64,000 nt of DNA from sequence record NC_054921.1; one strand, written 5' to 3'. Position numbers and translations under genes: made by a program. The first letter of the stretch is position 1; every line of letters begins with the position of its first letter. The DNA is from Escherichia phage vB_EcoM_IME537. This document shows positions 17,269 through 28,213 of the stretch, in pieces. The notes below the pieces were generated by a model. The model was not told the origin of the DNA. It saw only the letters and a program-made list of their open reading frames with translations, and ran no database searches.

Positions 17269-18400
17269 TTATGGATAGGTATAGATGATACCAGTTTCTA
17301 AAGCAGTTTTATGAATGATGTATCCATTACGCGATTCTTGAACATCAACTTCTGGATAGTCTTTCATCATCTTCTGAAGAGTGTAACGATGCAAGTAGTA
17401 CTTACTATCTGGGTCGTCAGTTTTCCAATCTTTACCTTCTTCAGTCATTTTTTGGATTTCATCCATAACCCACCAACCGCACCAGATATAAGCTGAGCTA
17501 CGATGTGGAAGAGGATGAACATAAGGTAATTCACCTTCTGGTTCCGGAGCAACTTTATCAGTTACCTGAACTTGGCCTTCTGCTGTAATAGTTTTGCTAT
17601 CATAATCAGTGGCAGTAACAGTGGCAGTAACTTCAATAGTTTGACTTCCAATAGATGATGTATCAACGGTGTATACATTAGTTGACCCTTCTACAGGAGA
17701 AGAATCTTTCTTCCATGAGTAAGTAATTTGTGCTGCGTCAGGTGCGCCAGTAACATTAGCAGTAAATGTAGCCGAAGCATCCTGCTGAACATTAATAGAA
17801 GGAGGAGTCAATGCAATCTGTGGATTCATTGTCTTCTTATTAACTGTCAATGATACTTCATTAGAAGTAACTTCTTTTGTATCATAATCTGTCGCTGTTA
17901 CTTGAGCTACACACTTAATTTTTTTTAACTCCGCTTGTAGTAGGAGTGTAATTGAATGTAGCACTAGTTGCTTCGCTCACAGGAGAACCATCTACATGCC
18001 ACTGATACGTAGCAGATGCACCTGATGGTTGAGAAGCTAAGGCAGCGGTAAATTCAACAGGAGTTCCAATTACTCCAGCAGCAGGACTAGCAGGAGTTAC
18101 AGCTAAGGTAGTTGTCTGTGTCTTATTTTGAACTGTGATAGTTGTAGAAGCTTCTGCTGTTTCGGGACTACTATCGGCAACTTGATTGGTTGCAACTACT
18201 TTAATAGTCTTTTGACCGGCAGGTCCTTTTAGTACATAACTAAAAGTTGCTTCAGCTCCATCCTGTGGAACATCGTCTACAGTCCAAGCATAGGTAATAG
18301 TTCCACCTCCAGTTTCACCACTGGGTGTAGCAGTAAACTGCTGAGTCTGATCTATAACTCCAGTAGGTGTTTTAGGAGTTATATCAACTGTAAAAGCCAT
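17269..18400 (-). pseudogene. hoc: hoc (outer capsid Ig-like decoration protein) disrupted by a +1 frameshift in an A8 tract (plus-strand T8 at 17919-17926)
   Basis: 161-aa N-terminal ORF (17915..18400) and 231-aa C-terminal ORF (17269..17964) in different frames together reconstruct a ~376-aa Hoc; one fewer A restores GVKKIKCVAQ. Confidence 0.8.
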
Positions 18401-18409
18401 AAGTTATCC

Positions 18410-19090
18410 TTATTTTAATGTTACGAAAGAAGAATTACGTGTTTCACGAATTAGAACTGATCCGTCACGATTAATGTAGTAAATTAAGCTAAATAAAGTT
18501 TGATGTGCCGACGCGTGTTCAAAACTAGTTGGGTGAGATTTCCAATCCGGAGTTTCAGCAATCCACTGGTAAATCCACCAAGGAACAGTGCAGAATCCTG
18601 GATTTTTTCCAATCAGCTGAAGATTCGGACTAAAGTTTTCCGGAAGAGTAAATACAGACGGCTTTTCAGATTCAATAATCTCAGCTACAGCCTGTTCGAA
18701 TTTTTCTTCAACAAAAGGAGTATCTTCAATCAAAACATCGGTATTTTCAGGAATTTTATCCGTTTCGACTACTTCAATTTTAATATCAGATTTAACCGGA
18801 GAATCAATCAGAAGTGCTGCCTCTGGATTGACTTCTTCATCGTCATATTTTAATCCCTCTGCAGCATCAGCAGCATTGATTAAGTCTTTAATAGATAACC
18901 CATCAGTCTCTGGCATAGGTTCACTAGCGAGCTTCTGGAGGGCTTCTTCAATATCAACAACGATATTATCAAAAGATTTATTCTTTTTGACCTTTATACC
19001 AAACTGTTCAGCATATTCAGCTAATTTAGCTTTAGCTTCTTTATTATCATCAAGAGCCTTCAGCTCTGCAATATAATCTTTATCTATCAT
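18410..19090 (-). CDS. inh: Inh, inhibitor of the prohead protease
   Basis: 226 aa, synteny after hoc. Confidence 0.75.
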   Translation of the reverse strand: MIDKDYIAELKALDDNKEAKAKLAEYAEQFGIKVKKNKSFDNIVVDIEEALQKLASEPMPETDGLSIKDLINAADAAEGLKYDDEEVNPEAALLIDSPVKSDIKIEVVETDKIPENTDVLIEDTPFVEEKFEQAVAEIIESEKPSVFTLPENFSPNLQLIGKNPGFCTVPWWIYQWIAETPDWKSHPTSFEHASAHQTLFSLIYYINRDGSVLIRETRNSSFVTLK

Positions 19091-19102
19091 AATATTTCCT
19101 CA

Positions 19103-19110
19103 GTATAAAT
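19103..19110 (+). promoter_or_regulatory. Late promoter TATAAATA for uvsW
   Basis: exact box 30 nt upstream of the uvsW ATG. Confidence 0.5.
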
Positions 19111-19140
19111 ATAGATATATTTATTACATGGTATTTAGAC

Positions 19141-20652
19141 ATGACTGACATTAAAGTACATTTTTATGATTTTAGTCACGTGAGAATTGATTGTGAAGAA
19201 AGTACATTTCATGAACTCCGTGATTTCTTTAGCTTTGAAGCTGATGGGTATCGTTTTAATCCGAAATACAAGTATGGTCACTGGGATGGACGAATCCGTC
19301 TTTTAGATTATAATCGCCTTCTTCCATTCGGCTTAGTTGGGCAAATTAAAAAGTTCTGTGATAACTTTGGCTATAAAGCTTGGATTGACCCGCAAATTAA
19401 CGAAAAAGAAGAATTATCAAGAAAAGATTTTGATGAATGGCTTTCTAAGTTAGAAATCTATTCAGGAAATAAAAGAATTGAACCACACTGGTATCAAAAA
19501 GATGCAGTGTTCGAAGGATTAGTTAATCGTCGCAGAATTCTTAATCTTCCAACATCCGCAGGTAAATCTTTAATTCAAGCTTTGCTTGCACGTTATTATT
19601 TGGAAAATTATGAAGGTAAAATTCTTATCATTGTTCCAACAACTGCTCTGACAACTCAGATGGCTGATGACTTTGTTGACTATCGTTTATTCAGTCATGC
19701 AATGATAAAGAAAATCGGTGGTGGAGCATCAAAAGATGATAAATATAAAAATGATGCACCGGTAATTGTTGGTACATGGCAAACTGTAGTAAAACAACCA
19801 AAAGAATGGTTCTCACAGTTTGGAATGATGATGAATGATGAATGCCATCTTGCCACAGGAAAAAGTATTTCATCTATCATATCAGGTTTAAATAACTGCA
19901 TGTTCAAATTTGGTCTATCAGGTTCATTACGTGATGGCAAAGCTAATATCATGCAGTATGTTGGAATGTTTGGTGAAATATTTAAGCCAGTAACGACTTC
20001 TAAATTAATGGAAGATGGACAAGTAACTGAGCTAAAAATTAATAGTATTTTTCTTCGCTATCCCGATGAGTTCACTACTAAATTAAAGGGAAAAACTTAC
20101 CAAGAAGAAATAAAAATTATTACTGGGCTCAGTAAAAGAAATAAATGGATCGCTAAATTAGCTATTAAGCTTGCGCAAAAAGATGAAAACGCTTTTGTCA
20201 TGTTTAAGCATGTATCACATGGTAAAGCTATTTTCGATTTAATTAAAAATGAATACGATAAAGTTTATTACGTATCAGGGGAAGTTGATACTGAAACACG
20301 CAACGTAATGAAAACCTTAGCTGAAAATGGTAAAGGAATAATTATAGTAGCTAGTTATGGTGTATTTTCTACTGGTATTTCAGTTAAAAATCTGCATCAC
20401 GTTGTTTTAGCGCATGGTGTTAAATCTAAAATTATTGTATTGCAAACAATAGGTCGCGTATTACGTAAGCATGGTTCTAAAACAATCGCAACGGTCTGGG
20501 ACCTCATAGATGACGCGGGCGTTAGACCAAAATCTGCTAATACGAAAAAGAAATACGTTCATTTGAACTATCTTTTAAAACACGGCATTGATCGTATTCA
20601 GCGCTACGCAGATGAAAAATTTAATTACGTAATGAAAACAGTTAATTTATAA
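19141..20652 (+). CDS. uvsW: UvsW SF2 helicase
   Basis: 503 aa; helicase motifs (Walker A PTSAGKS, DEAH-like MMMNDECH). Confidence 0.9.
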   Translation: MTDIKVHFYDFSHVRIDCEESTFHELRDFFSFEADGYRFNPKYKYGHWDGRIRLLDYNRLLPFGLVGQIKKFCDNFGYKAWIDPQINEKEELSRKDFDEWLSKLEIYSGNKRIEPHWYQKDAVFEGLVNRRRILNLPTSAGKSLIQALLARYYLENYEGKILIIVPTTALTTQMADDFVDYRLFSHAMIKKIGGGASKDDKYKNDAPVIVGTWQTVVKQPKEWFSQFGMMMNDECHLATGKSISSIISGLNNCMFKFGLSGSLRDGKANIMQYVGMFGEIFKPVTTSKLMEDGQVTELKINSIFLRYPDEFTTKLKGKTYQEEIKIITGLSKRNKWIAKLAIKLAQKDENAFVMFKHVSHGKAIFDLIKNEYDKVYYVSGEVDTETRNVMKTLAENGKGIIIVASYGVFSTGISVKNLHHVVLAHGVKSKIIVLQTIGRVLRKHGSKTIATVWDLIDDAGVRPKSANTKKKYVHLNYLLKHGIDRIQRYADEKFNYVMKTVNL

Positions 20653-20664
20653 GGGCTTCGGCCC
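20653..20664 (+). terminator. Hairpin GGGC-TTCG-GCCC after uvsW
   Basis: 4-bp stem with UUCG loop; weak. Confidence 0.3.
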
Positions 20665-20677
20665 TTTGGAGAAAAAG

Positions 20678-20908
20678 ATGTTACTAGGATTTAAACAATT
20701 TCTTTATGAAGCTTCTATTGATGAATTTATGGGTAAAATTGCCTCTTGCCAAACATTAGAAGGTTTAGAAGAACTTGAAGCTTATTATAAGAAAAGAGTT
20801 AAAGAAACTGAATTAAAAGATACTGATGACATCTCTGTGAGAGATGCTTTGGCAGGAAAAAGAGCTGAATTAGAAGATTCAGACGATGAAGTAGAAGAAA
20901 GCTTTTAA
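20678..20908 (+). CDS. uvsW.1: UvsW.1 small acidic protein
   Basis: 76 aa from ATG 20678 with RBS GGAG; the ORF-track start at 20666 is a TTG. Confidence 0.75.
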   Translation: MLLGFKQFLYEASIDEFMGKIASCQTLEGLEELEAYYKKRVKETELKDTDDISVRDALAGKRAELEDSDDEVEESF

Positions 20909-20917
20909 ATTAAAAAA

Positions 20918-20940
20918 GGCCCAACCAAAAAGGAAGGGCC
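20918..20940. terminator. Hairpin GGCCC...GGGCC between convergent uvsW.1 and the uvsY-side ORFs
   Basis: 5-bp inverted repeat, 13-nt loop. Confidence 0.3.
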
Positions 20941-20963
20941 AAAACTATAGACTAAAGGTCACA

Positions 20964-21131
20964 CTATAGCAAAAGTTGTGTTTCATTTAATTGTTCTTCC
21001 GAACTTTCTGAAACTGGTAGTTCTTTAATGTAATTATAGCAAGGCCCAGGATGTACAGGACCTTTGTCTGTTTCAACAACCAATGCAGAATCGATTGGAG
21101 TTTTACAGACAACACAAATCTTATCTGACAT
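20964..21131 (-). CDS. 55-aa Cys/His-containing small protein (uvsY.-2 position), absent from the ORF track
   Basis: ATG with GAGGAG RBS; MSDKICVVCKTPIDSALVVETDKGPVHPGPCYNYIK... has a CxxC...HxxxC pattern. Confidence 0.55.
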   Translation of the reverse strand: MSDKICVVCKTPIDSALVVETDKGPVHPGPCYNYIKELPVSESSEEQLNETQLLL

Positions 21132-21159
21132 GATTGTCTCCTCTAAATTATATATCTAT

Positions 21160-21384
21160 TTATATAACTCTCATATGCATATCAATGCCCATATCTTTAG
21201 AATAAAAATATTCATCAAGATATCCGGCAAATTTTCCTTTAATATAAAGTACATCTTCACCGCATGGGTGGTCAGCCAGGATACGAATATCCTGACGCTT
21301 GAGATTATACTTTTTCATTAAGAATTGAATTTCCGTTTCGAATTCTTCTTCATAATTAAAAGCATCATCAATGCTATATTTCAT
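21160..21384 (-). CDS. Hypothetical protein (uvsY.-1 position)
   Basis: 74 aa, coupled to the uvsY stop. Confidence 0.65.
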   Translation of the reverse strand: MKYSIDDAFNYEEEFETEIQFLMKKYNLKRQDIRILADHPCGEDVLYIKGKFAGYLDEYFYSKDMGIDMHMRVI

Positions 21385-21797
21385 TATTTTCCAGCCTCAA
21401 ATGCTCGCATGTCTTGAATATGCTTAATAGCAAATCCACGTGATTTAATAGCATCAAGAGCTCCGCTACAGAAATCCAATAAAATTCCCCAATATTGTAA
21501 TGAAGTATCAACTTTTAAAACGTCCTTATCAGCTGATAGAACTGTCTTCATTTCTGATTTTTCATAACGATCCATACTAAATTCATCACCATCTCCTCGT
21601 CCCGAGTAGTAGTCTAATTTAGCTTTAAGAGCAACTTTTTTCTGTGCTTCAATTCTAAGCATTTCCTTTTTAATACTTGAATGCTTATTAAGCCATTTAC
21701 TATATAACATCACATTATTAGCTGCTTCATACTGTAATTTAGTCGAATCTATAAACACATCTTTCTTCAATTCTTCTTGAAGATCTTCTAATTTCAT
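21384..21797 (-). CDS. uvsY: UvsY recombination mediator
   Basis: 137 aa, synteny. Confidence 0.9.
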   Translation of the reverse strand: MKLEDLQEELKKDVFIDSTKLQYEAANNVMLYSKWLNKHSSIKKEMLRIEAQKKVALKAKLDYYSGRGDGDEFSMDRYEKSEMKTVLSADKDVLKVDTSLQYWGILLDFCSGALDAIKSRGFAIKHIQDMRAFEAGK

Positions 21798-21837
21798 ATT
21801 GTTCTCTATTCAATTGTTATTGGATGGACTTAGATTC

Positions 21838-21866
21838 ATTATACCACGTTTATACGTGAAGCATTA
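21838..21866 (-). promoter_or_regulatory. T4 middle promoter for uvsY: MotA box TAATGCTTCA, 13-nt spacer, TATAAT
   Basis: - strand reads TAATGCTTCAcgtataaacgtggTATAAT; overlaps the gene 25 stop. Confidence 0.6.
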
Positions 21867-22262
21867 TACTCTGTTACTGGAAGCCAGTTGCAGTTTTATC
21901 TGCTCAATATCATCAGGGTTATCGATGACCGAAAAGCGTATTTCTACTATCAGAGTATAATCATCATAAACTGGTATTACATTAACTGCTAATTTATCAA
22001 TACGCGGCTCGTAGTTTCTTACTGCGCTTTCGATGTTACGCTCAACTGTATCAGCAGTAAGAGGAGTCATATTCTCAAAAAGTTGATCAGATAAATCGCA
22101 TCCAAATTCTGGGTCAAACGGTCTCGACCCTTTTCTGGTTGTGATAATTCCCAAAAGGCTATTTTTAATTGACCTTAATCCAAGAGATCTAGAAACATCT
22201 TTGTCCCAATCCATTTTCATTTCTGGGTCAATGTCAGAATAAAGCTTATTAATATTTGCCAT
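21864..22262 (-). CDS. 25: Baseplate wedge protein gp25
   Basis: 132 aa, synteny. Confidence 0.9.
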   Translation of the reverse strand: MANINKLYSDIDPEMKMDWDKDVSRSLGLRSIKNSLLGIITTRKGSRPFDPEFGCDLSDQLFENMTPLTADTVERNIESAVRNYEPRIDKLAVNVIPVYDDYTLIVEIRFSVIDNPDDIEQIKLQLASSNRV

Positions 22263-22888
22263 TACAATAGCTCAAAGAATTCTTTGAGTCCTCTTATTAC
22301 ATGAGCGTGAGATTTTCCACACTCTGGACATTTAATTGGAACAGCCAAATAAACAGTAGGCTTTAAAAGCATATCTTTTATAGCTACAATATCTGACTCT
22401 GTGATGATAGAATATAAATCTTCCAACTCTTTTTCATTCAAGTCTTCAATTGGAATGCTTTCACCGTTAGCATGAATCGTTTCTATGCATGATACTATCA
22501 TGTGGGCTATATTTTTATCATCAAAAATTTTAGGGTAATGGAACTTAATTTTGATGTCACCCAGTGTATACCAGAGGTCTTCTGGTGCATCTATTTGTGT
22601 ATGTAATAGATTTATATGGGTTGGTATTTCAGTTCCACAGGTGCACTTCCAGGAGTTTTCGTGATTAACTTCTCCAAGAGAATGCGCCCATAAATGAATC
22701 AATAGTAGTTCTGATTCTTGACGGTTTAAATCTTTTGCATTTGTACAGTCTTTGATTAGCTTTTTAACGATCTCTTCTACTGAACCGTTCTTTTTAGCAG
22801 TAATAAGTTCTAGATATTCTTTAAGAGTAAATGCGCGACAGTTGATTATTTTAGAACCAACTCTCACGTCAAATTTGTATTCATACAT
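22262..22888 (-). CDS. 26: Baseplate hub protein gp26
   Basis: 208 aa, synteny. Confidence 0.85.
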   Translation of the reverse strand: MYEYKFDVRVGSKIINCRAFTLKEYLELITAKKNGSVEEIVKKLIKDCTNAKDLNRQESELLLIHLWAHSLGEVNHENSWKCTCGTEIPTHINLLHTQIDAPEDLWYTLGDIKIKFHYPKIFDDKNIAHMIVSCIETIHANGESIPIEDLNEKELEDLYSIITESDIVAIKDMLLKPTVYLAVPIKCPECGKSHAHVIRGLKEFFELL

Positions 22889-22909
22889 ATTTAGCTCCTT
22901 TATTTATCA

Positions 22910-22921
22910 TATTTATAAATA
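22910..22921. promoter_or_regulatory. Overlapping divergent late promoters: TATAAATA on the - strand (22917..22910, gene 26) and on the + strand (22914..22921, gene 51)
   Basis: TATTTATAAATA palindrome-like core between divergent genes 26 and 51. Confidence 0.55.
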
Positions 22922-22938
22922 GAATAAAAGGAGCATCT

Positions 22939-23688
22939 ATGGCAAACATTATTCGTTGTAAATTACCAGATGGTGTTCATCGTTTTAAACCATTTACGGT
23001 AGAAGATTATCGAGATTTTTTGTTAGTTCGAAACGATATAGAACATCGGTCACCACAAGAACAAAAAGAAATAATTGCTGATTTAATTGCCGATTATTTT
23101 GGAGACTATCCGAAGACTTGGCAACCATTTATATTTTTGCAGGTATTTGTAGGGTCAATAGGTAAAACTAAAGTACCGGTCACATTTGTATGTCCAAAAT
23201 GTAAAAAAGAAAAGACAGTTCCATTTGAAATATATCAAAAAGAATTAAAGGAACCTGTTTTTGATGTAGCTAATGTTAAAATTAAATTAAAGTTTCCTTC
23301 TGAGTTTTATGAAAATAAAGCAAAGATGATTACTGAAAATATTCATTCTGTTCAAGTAGATGAAACATGGTATGATTGGAAGGAAATTAGTGAATCAAGT
23401 CAAATAGAACTTGTTGATGCCATCGAGATAGAAACATTAGAAAAAATTCTCGATGCAATGAATCCTATTAATTTAACGCTACACATGTCATGCTGTGATA
23501 AGTATGTAAAAAAATACACTGATATAGTAGATGTGTTTAAGCTATTAGTTAACCCAGATGAGATATTTACTTTTTATCAAATTAATCACACACTCGTAAA
23601 AAGTAATTATAGTTTAAATTCAATAATGAAAATGATTCCTGCCGAGCGCGGATTCGTATTAAAACTGATTGAGAAGGATAAACAATAA
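22939..23688 (+). CDS. 51: Baseplate hub assembly protein gp51
   Basis: 249 aa, RBS AGGAG. Confidence 0.85.
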   Translation: MANIIRCKLPDGVHRFKPFTVEDYRDFLLVRNDIEHRSPQEQKEIIADLIADYFGDYPKTWQPFIFLQVFVGSIGKTKVPVTFVCPKCKKEKTVPFEIYQKELKEPVFDVANVKIKLKFPSEFYENKAKMITENIHSVQVDETWYDWKEISESSQIELVDAIEIETLEKILDAMNPINLTLHMSCCDKYVKKYTDIVDVFKLLVNPDEIFTFYQINHTLVKSNYSLNSIMKMIPAERGFVLKLIEKDKQ

Positions 23689-24863
23689 TGAGTATGTTGC
23701 AACGCCCAGGATATCCAAATCTCAGCGTTAAATTATTTGATAGCTACGACGCTTGGAGTAATAATAGATTTGTTGAATTAGCTGCTACTATTACCACATT
23801 AACTATGCGGGATTCTCTTTATGGCCGAAATGAAGGAATGCTGCAGTTTTATGATTCTAAAAATATCCATACAAAAATGGATGGAAATGAAATAATTCAG
23901 ATTTCTGTAGCTAATGCAAACGATATTAATAATGTTAAAACAAGAATTTATGGATGTAAGCATTTTTCTGTGTCAGTAGATTCAAAGGGTGATAACATCA
24001 TTGCTATTGAATTGGGAACTATTCATTCTATAGAAAATCTTAAATTTGGCAGACCATTTTTCCCTGATGCAGGTGAATCTATAAAGGAAATGCTTGGCGT
24101 CATTTATCAAGATCGCACATTATTAACTCCAGCGATAAATGCTATAAATGCTTATGTTCCTGATATTCCGTGGACTAGCACATTTGAAAACTATTTGTCA
24201 TATGTCAGAGAAGTTGCTCTAGCTGTAGGAAGTGACAAATTTGTGTTTGTGTGGCAAGACATCATGGGAGTTAACATGATGGACTATGATATGATGATAA
24301 ATCAAGAACCGTATCCAATGATTGTCGGTGAGCCATCTTTAATAGGTCAATTCATCCAAGAATTAAAATATCCATTAGCATATGATTTCGTTTGGTTGAC
24401 TAAATCGAATCCTCACAAACGCGACCCAATGAAAAACGCTACTATCTACGCGCATTCATTTTTAGATTCTTCATTGCCAATGATTACTACAGGAAAAGGC
24501 GAAAACTCTATTGTAGTGTCAAGGTCAGGTGCTTATTCTGAAATGACTTATAGGAATGGATATGAAGAAGCTATTCGTCTTCAAACTATGGCACAATACG
24601 ATGGCTATGCTAAATGTTCTACTGTCGGTAATTTTAACTTGACACCTGGCGTTAAAATTATTTTTAATGATAGTAAAAACCAATTTAAAACAGAATTTTA
24701 CGTTGATGAAGTTATCCACGAATTATCCAATAATAATTCAGTAACTCATCTATATATGTTCACTAATGCAACGAAACTGGAAACAATAGACCCAGTTAAG
24801 GTTAAAAATGAATTTAAATCTGATACTACCACTGAAGAAAGTAGTTCTTCCAATAAGCAATAA
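23688..24863 (+). CDS. 27: Baseplate hub protein gp27
   Basis: 391 aa, synteny. Confidence 0.9.
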   Translation: MSMLQRPGYPNLSVKLFDSYDAWSNNRFVELAATITTLTMRDSLYGRNEGMLQFYDSKNIHTKMDGNEIIQISVANANDINNVKTRIYGCKHFSVSVDSKGDNIIAIELGTIHSIENLKFGRPFFPDAGESIKEMLGVIYQDRTLLTPAINAINAYVPDIPWTSTFENYLSYVREVALAVGSDKFVFVWQDIMGVNMMDYDMMINQEPYPMIVGEPSLIGQFIQELKYPLAYDFVWLTKSNPHKRDPMKNATIYAHSFLDSSLPMITTGKGENSIVVSRSGAYSEMTYRNGYEEAIRLQTMAQYDGYAKCSTVGNFNLTPGVKIIFNDSKNQFKTEFYVDEVIHELSNNNSVTHLYMFTNATKLETIDPVKVKNEFKSDTTTEESSSSNKQ

Positions 24864-25341
24864 AGAAGTTTCTATTCCTAAAATGGGTCTTAAACATTAT
24901 AACATTTTAAAAGATGTTAAAGGACCCGATGAAAATTTAAAACTTTTGATCGATTCTATTTGTCCAAATTTATCACCGGCAGAAGTTGATTTCGTTTCTA
25001 TTCATTTATTGGAATTTAATGGAAAGATTAAATCTCGTAAAGAAATAGATGGTTATACTTATGACATTAATGATGTTTATGTATGCCAAAGATTAGAATT
25101 TCAATACCAAGGAAATACATTTTATTTTAGACCTCCTGGAAAATTTGAACAATTTTTAACTGTGAGCGATATGTTATCCAAATGCTTGCTTAAGGTCAAT
25201 GATGAAGTTAAAGAAATTAATTTTCTTGAGATGCCAGCATTCGTTTTAAAATGGGCAAATGACATTTTTACAACTTTAGCAATTCCTGGCCCTAATGGTC
25301 CAATAACTGGAATTGGTAATATTATTGGATTATTTGAATGA
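24808..25341 (+). CDS. 28: Baseplate hub distal protein gp28 (overlaps the 3' end of gene 27 by 56 nt)
   Basis: 177 aa, [13 protein letters not shown]... Confidence 0.85.
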   Translation: MNLNLILPLKKVVLPISNKEVSIPKMGLKHYNILKDVKGPDENLKLLIDSICPNLSPAEVDFVSIHLLEFNGKIKSRKEIDGYTYDINDVYVCQRLEFQYQGNTFYFRPPGKFEQFLTVSDMLSKCLLKVNDEVKEINFLEMPAFVLKWANDIFTTLAIPGPNGPITGIGNIIGLFE

Positions 25342-27110
25342 AAAAGCCACAAGAAATGCAAACGATGCGTAGAAAAGTTATTTCAGATAATAAACCAACA
25401 CAGGAAGCGGCTAAATCCGCTTCTAACACTTTATCTGGACTTAACGATATATCTACGAAATTGGATGATGCTCAAGCTGCTTCTGAATTAATTGCTCAAA
25501 CTGTTGAAGAAAAATCGAATGAAATAATTGGAGCAATTGACAATGTAGAAAGCGCAGTGAGTGATACTACTGCCGGTTCTGAGTTAATTGCTGAAACTGT
25601 CGAAATTGGCAATAATATTAATAAAGAAATCGGTGAATCGCTCGGGAGCAAATTAGATAAATTAACAAGTTTACTGGAGCAAAAAATTCAGACAGCTGGA
25701 ATTCAACAAACAGGAACCAGTTTAGCCACTGTTGAAAGCGCTATTCCTGTTAAAGTTGTTGAGGATGATACAGCTGAATCTGTGGGTCCTTTATTACCGG
25801 CTCCTGAAGCAGTTAATAATGATCCTGATGCTGATTTTTTCCCTACCCCTCAGCCAGTTGAACCCAAACAAGAATCACCAGAAGAAAAACAGAAAAAAGA
25901 CGCATTTAACTTAAAATTATCTCAAGCTTTAGATAAATTAACGAAGACTGTTGATTTTGGATTTAAGAAATCTATTTCAATTACTGATAAAATATCAAGC
26001 ATGTTATTTAAGTATACCGTCAGTGCTGCTATTGAAGCCGCTAAAATGACTGCAATGATATTGGCTGTTGTTGTTGGAATAGATCTGCTGATGGTTCATT
26101 TCAAATATTGGTCAGATAAATTTTCGCAGGCTTGGGATTTGTTTAGTTCAAACTTTACTAAATTCTCTAGCGAAACCGGAACATGGGGTCCTTTATTACA
26201 GAGCATCTTTAGTTCTATTGATGAAATTAAAAAATTCTGGGAAGAGGGAGATTGGGGCGGTTTGACGGTAGCTATTGTAGAAGGGCTTGGAAAGGTTCTT
26301 TATAATTTAGGAGAACTTATTCAGCTTGGAATGGCTAAATTATCTGCTGCAATTCTTCGAGTCATTCCTGGCATGAAGGATACCGCTGATGAAGTAGAAG
26401 GAAGAGCACTAGAAAATTTCCAAAATTCTACTGGAGCATCTCTCAATAAAGAAGACCAGGAAAAAGTTGCAAATTATCAAGATAAACGAATGAACGGAGA
26501 CCTTGGTCCGATAGCAAAAGGATTAGATAAAATTGCTAATTGGAAAACTCGTGCATCTAACTGGATTCGTGGCGTTGATAATAAAGAAGCACTAACTACC
26601 GACGAAGAACGCGCAGCAGAAGAAGAAAAATTAAAGCAACTTTCACCAGAAGAAAGAAAAAACGCTTTAATGAAGGCTAATGAAGCTCGTGCTGCGATGA
26701 TTCGTTTTGAAAAATATGCCGATTCAGCTGATATGAGTAAAGACTCAACAGTTAAATCAATTGAAGCCGCTCATGAAGACCTTAAAAAACGGATGAATGA
26801 CCCGGATTTAAATAATTCACCTGCAGTTAAAAAGGAGCTTGCTTCTAGATTTGCTAAAATTGATGCTACTTATCAAGAGCTTAAGAAAAATCAACCTGAG
26901 GCCAAACCTGAAACTTCTGCTAAATCGCCAGAAGCAAAACAAGTCCAGGTAATAGAAAAGAACAAAGCGCAACAAGCTCCTGTTCAACAAGCATCTCCTT
27001 CAATCAATAATACTAATAATGTTATTAAGAAAAATACTGTCGTTCATAATATGACACCTGTTACGAGTACAACTGCTCCTGGTGTATTTGGCGCGACTGG
27101 AGTTAATTAA
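25338..27110 (+). CDS. 29: Tail tape-measure / baseplate hub protein gp29
   Basis: 590 aa, ATGA coupling to gene 28. Confidence 0.9.
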   Translation: MKKPQEMQTMRRKVISDNKPTQEAAKSASNTLSGLNDISTKLDDAQAASELIAQTVEEKSNEIIGAIDNVESAVSDTTAGSELIAETVEIGNNINKEIGESLGSKLDKLTSLLEQKIQTAGIQQTGTSLATVESAIPVKVVEDDTAESVGPLLPAPEAVNNDPDADFFPTPQPVEPKQESPEEKQKKDAFNLKLSQALDKLTKTVDFGFKKSISITDKISSMLFKYTVSAAIEAAKMTAMILAVVVGIDLLMVHFKYWSDKFSQAWDLFSSNFTKFSSETGTWGPLLQSIFSSIDEIKKFWEEGDWGGLTVAIVEGLGKVLYNLGELIQLGMAKLSAAILRVIPGMKDTADEVEGRALENFQNSTGASLNKEDQEKVANYQDKRMNGDLGPIAKGLDKIANWKTRASNWIRGVDNKEALTTDEERAAEEEKLKQLSPEERKNALMKANEARAAMIRFEKYADSADMSKDSTVKSIEAAHEDLKKRMNDPDLNNSPAVKKELASRFAKIDATYQELKKNQPEAKPETSAKSPEAKQVQVIEKNKAQQAPVQQASPSINNTNNVIKKNTVVHNMTPVTSTTAPGVFGATGVN

Positions 27111-27118
27111 GGAATAAT

Positions 27119-28213
27119 ATGGCAATTGTTAAAGAAATAACTGCTGATTTAATTAAAAAATCCGGTGAGACAATTTCAGCCGGACAAAGCACTAAATCAG
27201 AAGTAGTAACTAAAACATACACAGCCCAGTTTCCAACTGGGCGTGCTAGTGGTAATGACACTACAGGGGACTTCCAGGTAACAGATCTATATAAGAATGG
27301 ATTATTATTTACTGCATACAATATGTCATCTAGGGATTCTGGAAGTCTTAGATCGATGAGATCTAACTACTCTTCTTCATCTTCGAGTATTTTAAGTACA
27401 GCTAGAAACACTATTAGTAGTACAGTATCAAAACTATCAAATGGATTAATATCAAATAATAATTCAGGAACAATAAGTAAAGCTCCTGTCGCAAATATTC
27501 TTTTACCGAGATCTAAATCTGATGTTGATACATCATCACATAGATTTAATGATGTTCAAGAAAGTCTTATCAGCAGAGGCGGAGGTACTGCTACTGGTGT
27601 GCTAAGTAATATTGCTTCAACCGCAGTATTTGGGGCACTGGAAAGTATAACACAAGGTATAATGGCTGATAATAATGAGCAGATTTATACGACAGCCAGA
27701 AGTATGTATGGTGGTGCTGAAAATAGAACTAAAGTGTTTACATGGGATTTGACTCCACGTTCAACAGAAGATTTAATGGCTATTATTAATATCTATCAAT
27801 ATTTTAACTATTTTTCTTATGGTGAAACAGGTAAATCTCAATACGCTGCTGAAATAAAGGGGTATTTAGATGATTGGTATCGTTCTACGTTAATTGAACC
27901 TTTATCTCCGGAAGACGCAGCTAAAAATAAAACACTATTTGAGAAAATGACAGCAAGTTTAACGAACGTTCTAGTAGTTTCAAACCCGACAGTTTGGATG
28001 GTGAAAAACTTTGGTGCAACATCTAAGTTTGATGGAAAAACGGAAATATTTGGCCCATGCCAAATACAAAGCATCAGATTTGATAAAACACCTAATGGTA
28101 ACTTTAACGGATTGGCTATTGCTCCAAACCTCCCTAGTACATTTACTCTCGAGATTACTATGAGAGAAATTATCACGTTAAACCGTGCTTCTTTATATGC
28201 GGGGACTTTTTAA
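27119..28213 (+). CDS. 48: Baseplate-tail tube junction protein gp48
   Basis: 364 aa, synteny. Confidence 0.9.
   Translation: MAIVKEITADLIKKSGETISAGQSTKSEVVTKTYTAQFPTGRASGNDTTGDFQVTDLYKNGLLFTAYNMSSRDSGSLRSMRSNYSSSSSSILSTARNTISSTVSKLSNGLISNNNSGTISKAPVANILLPRSKSDVDTSSHRFNDVQESLISRGGGTATGVLSNIASTAVFGALESITQGIMADNNEQIYTTARSMYGGAENRTKVFTWDLTPRSTEDLMAIINIYQYFNYFSYGETGKSQYAAEIKGYLDDWYRSTLIEPLSPEDAAKNKTLFEKMTASLTNVLVVSNPTVWMVKNFGATSKFDGKTEIFGPCQIQSIRFDKTPNGNFNGLAIAPNLPSTFTLEITMREIITLNRASLYAGTF

Noticed and set aside
24808-24863. Gene 27 / gene 28 56-nt overlap as a possible frameshift
   Set aside because: Both ORFs are full length with their own starts; an out-of-frame overlap here is the normal T4 arrangement.
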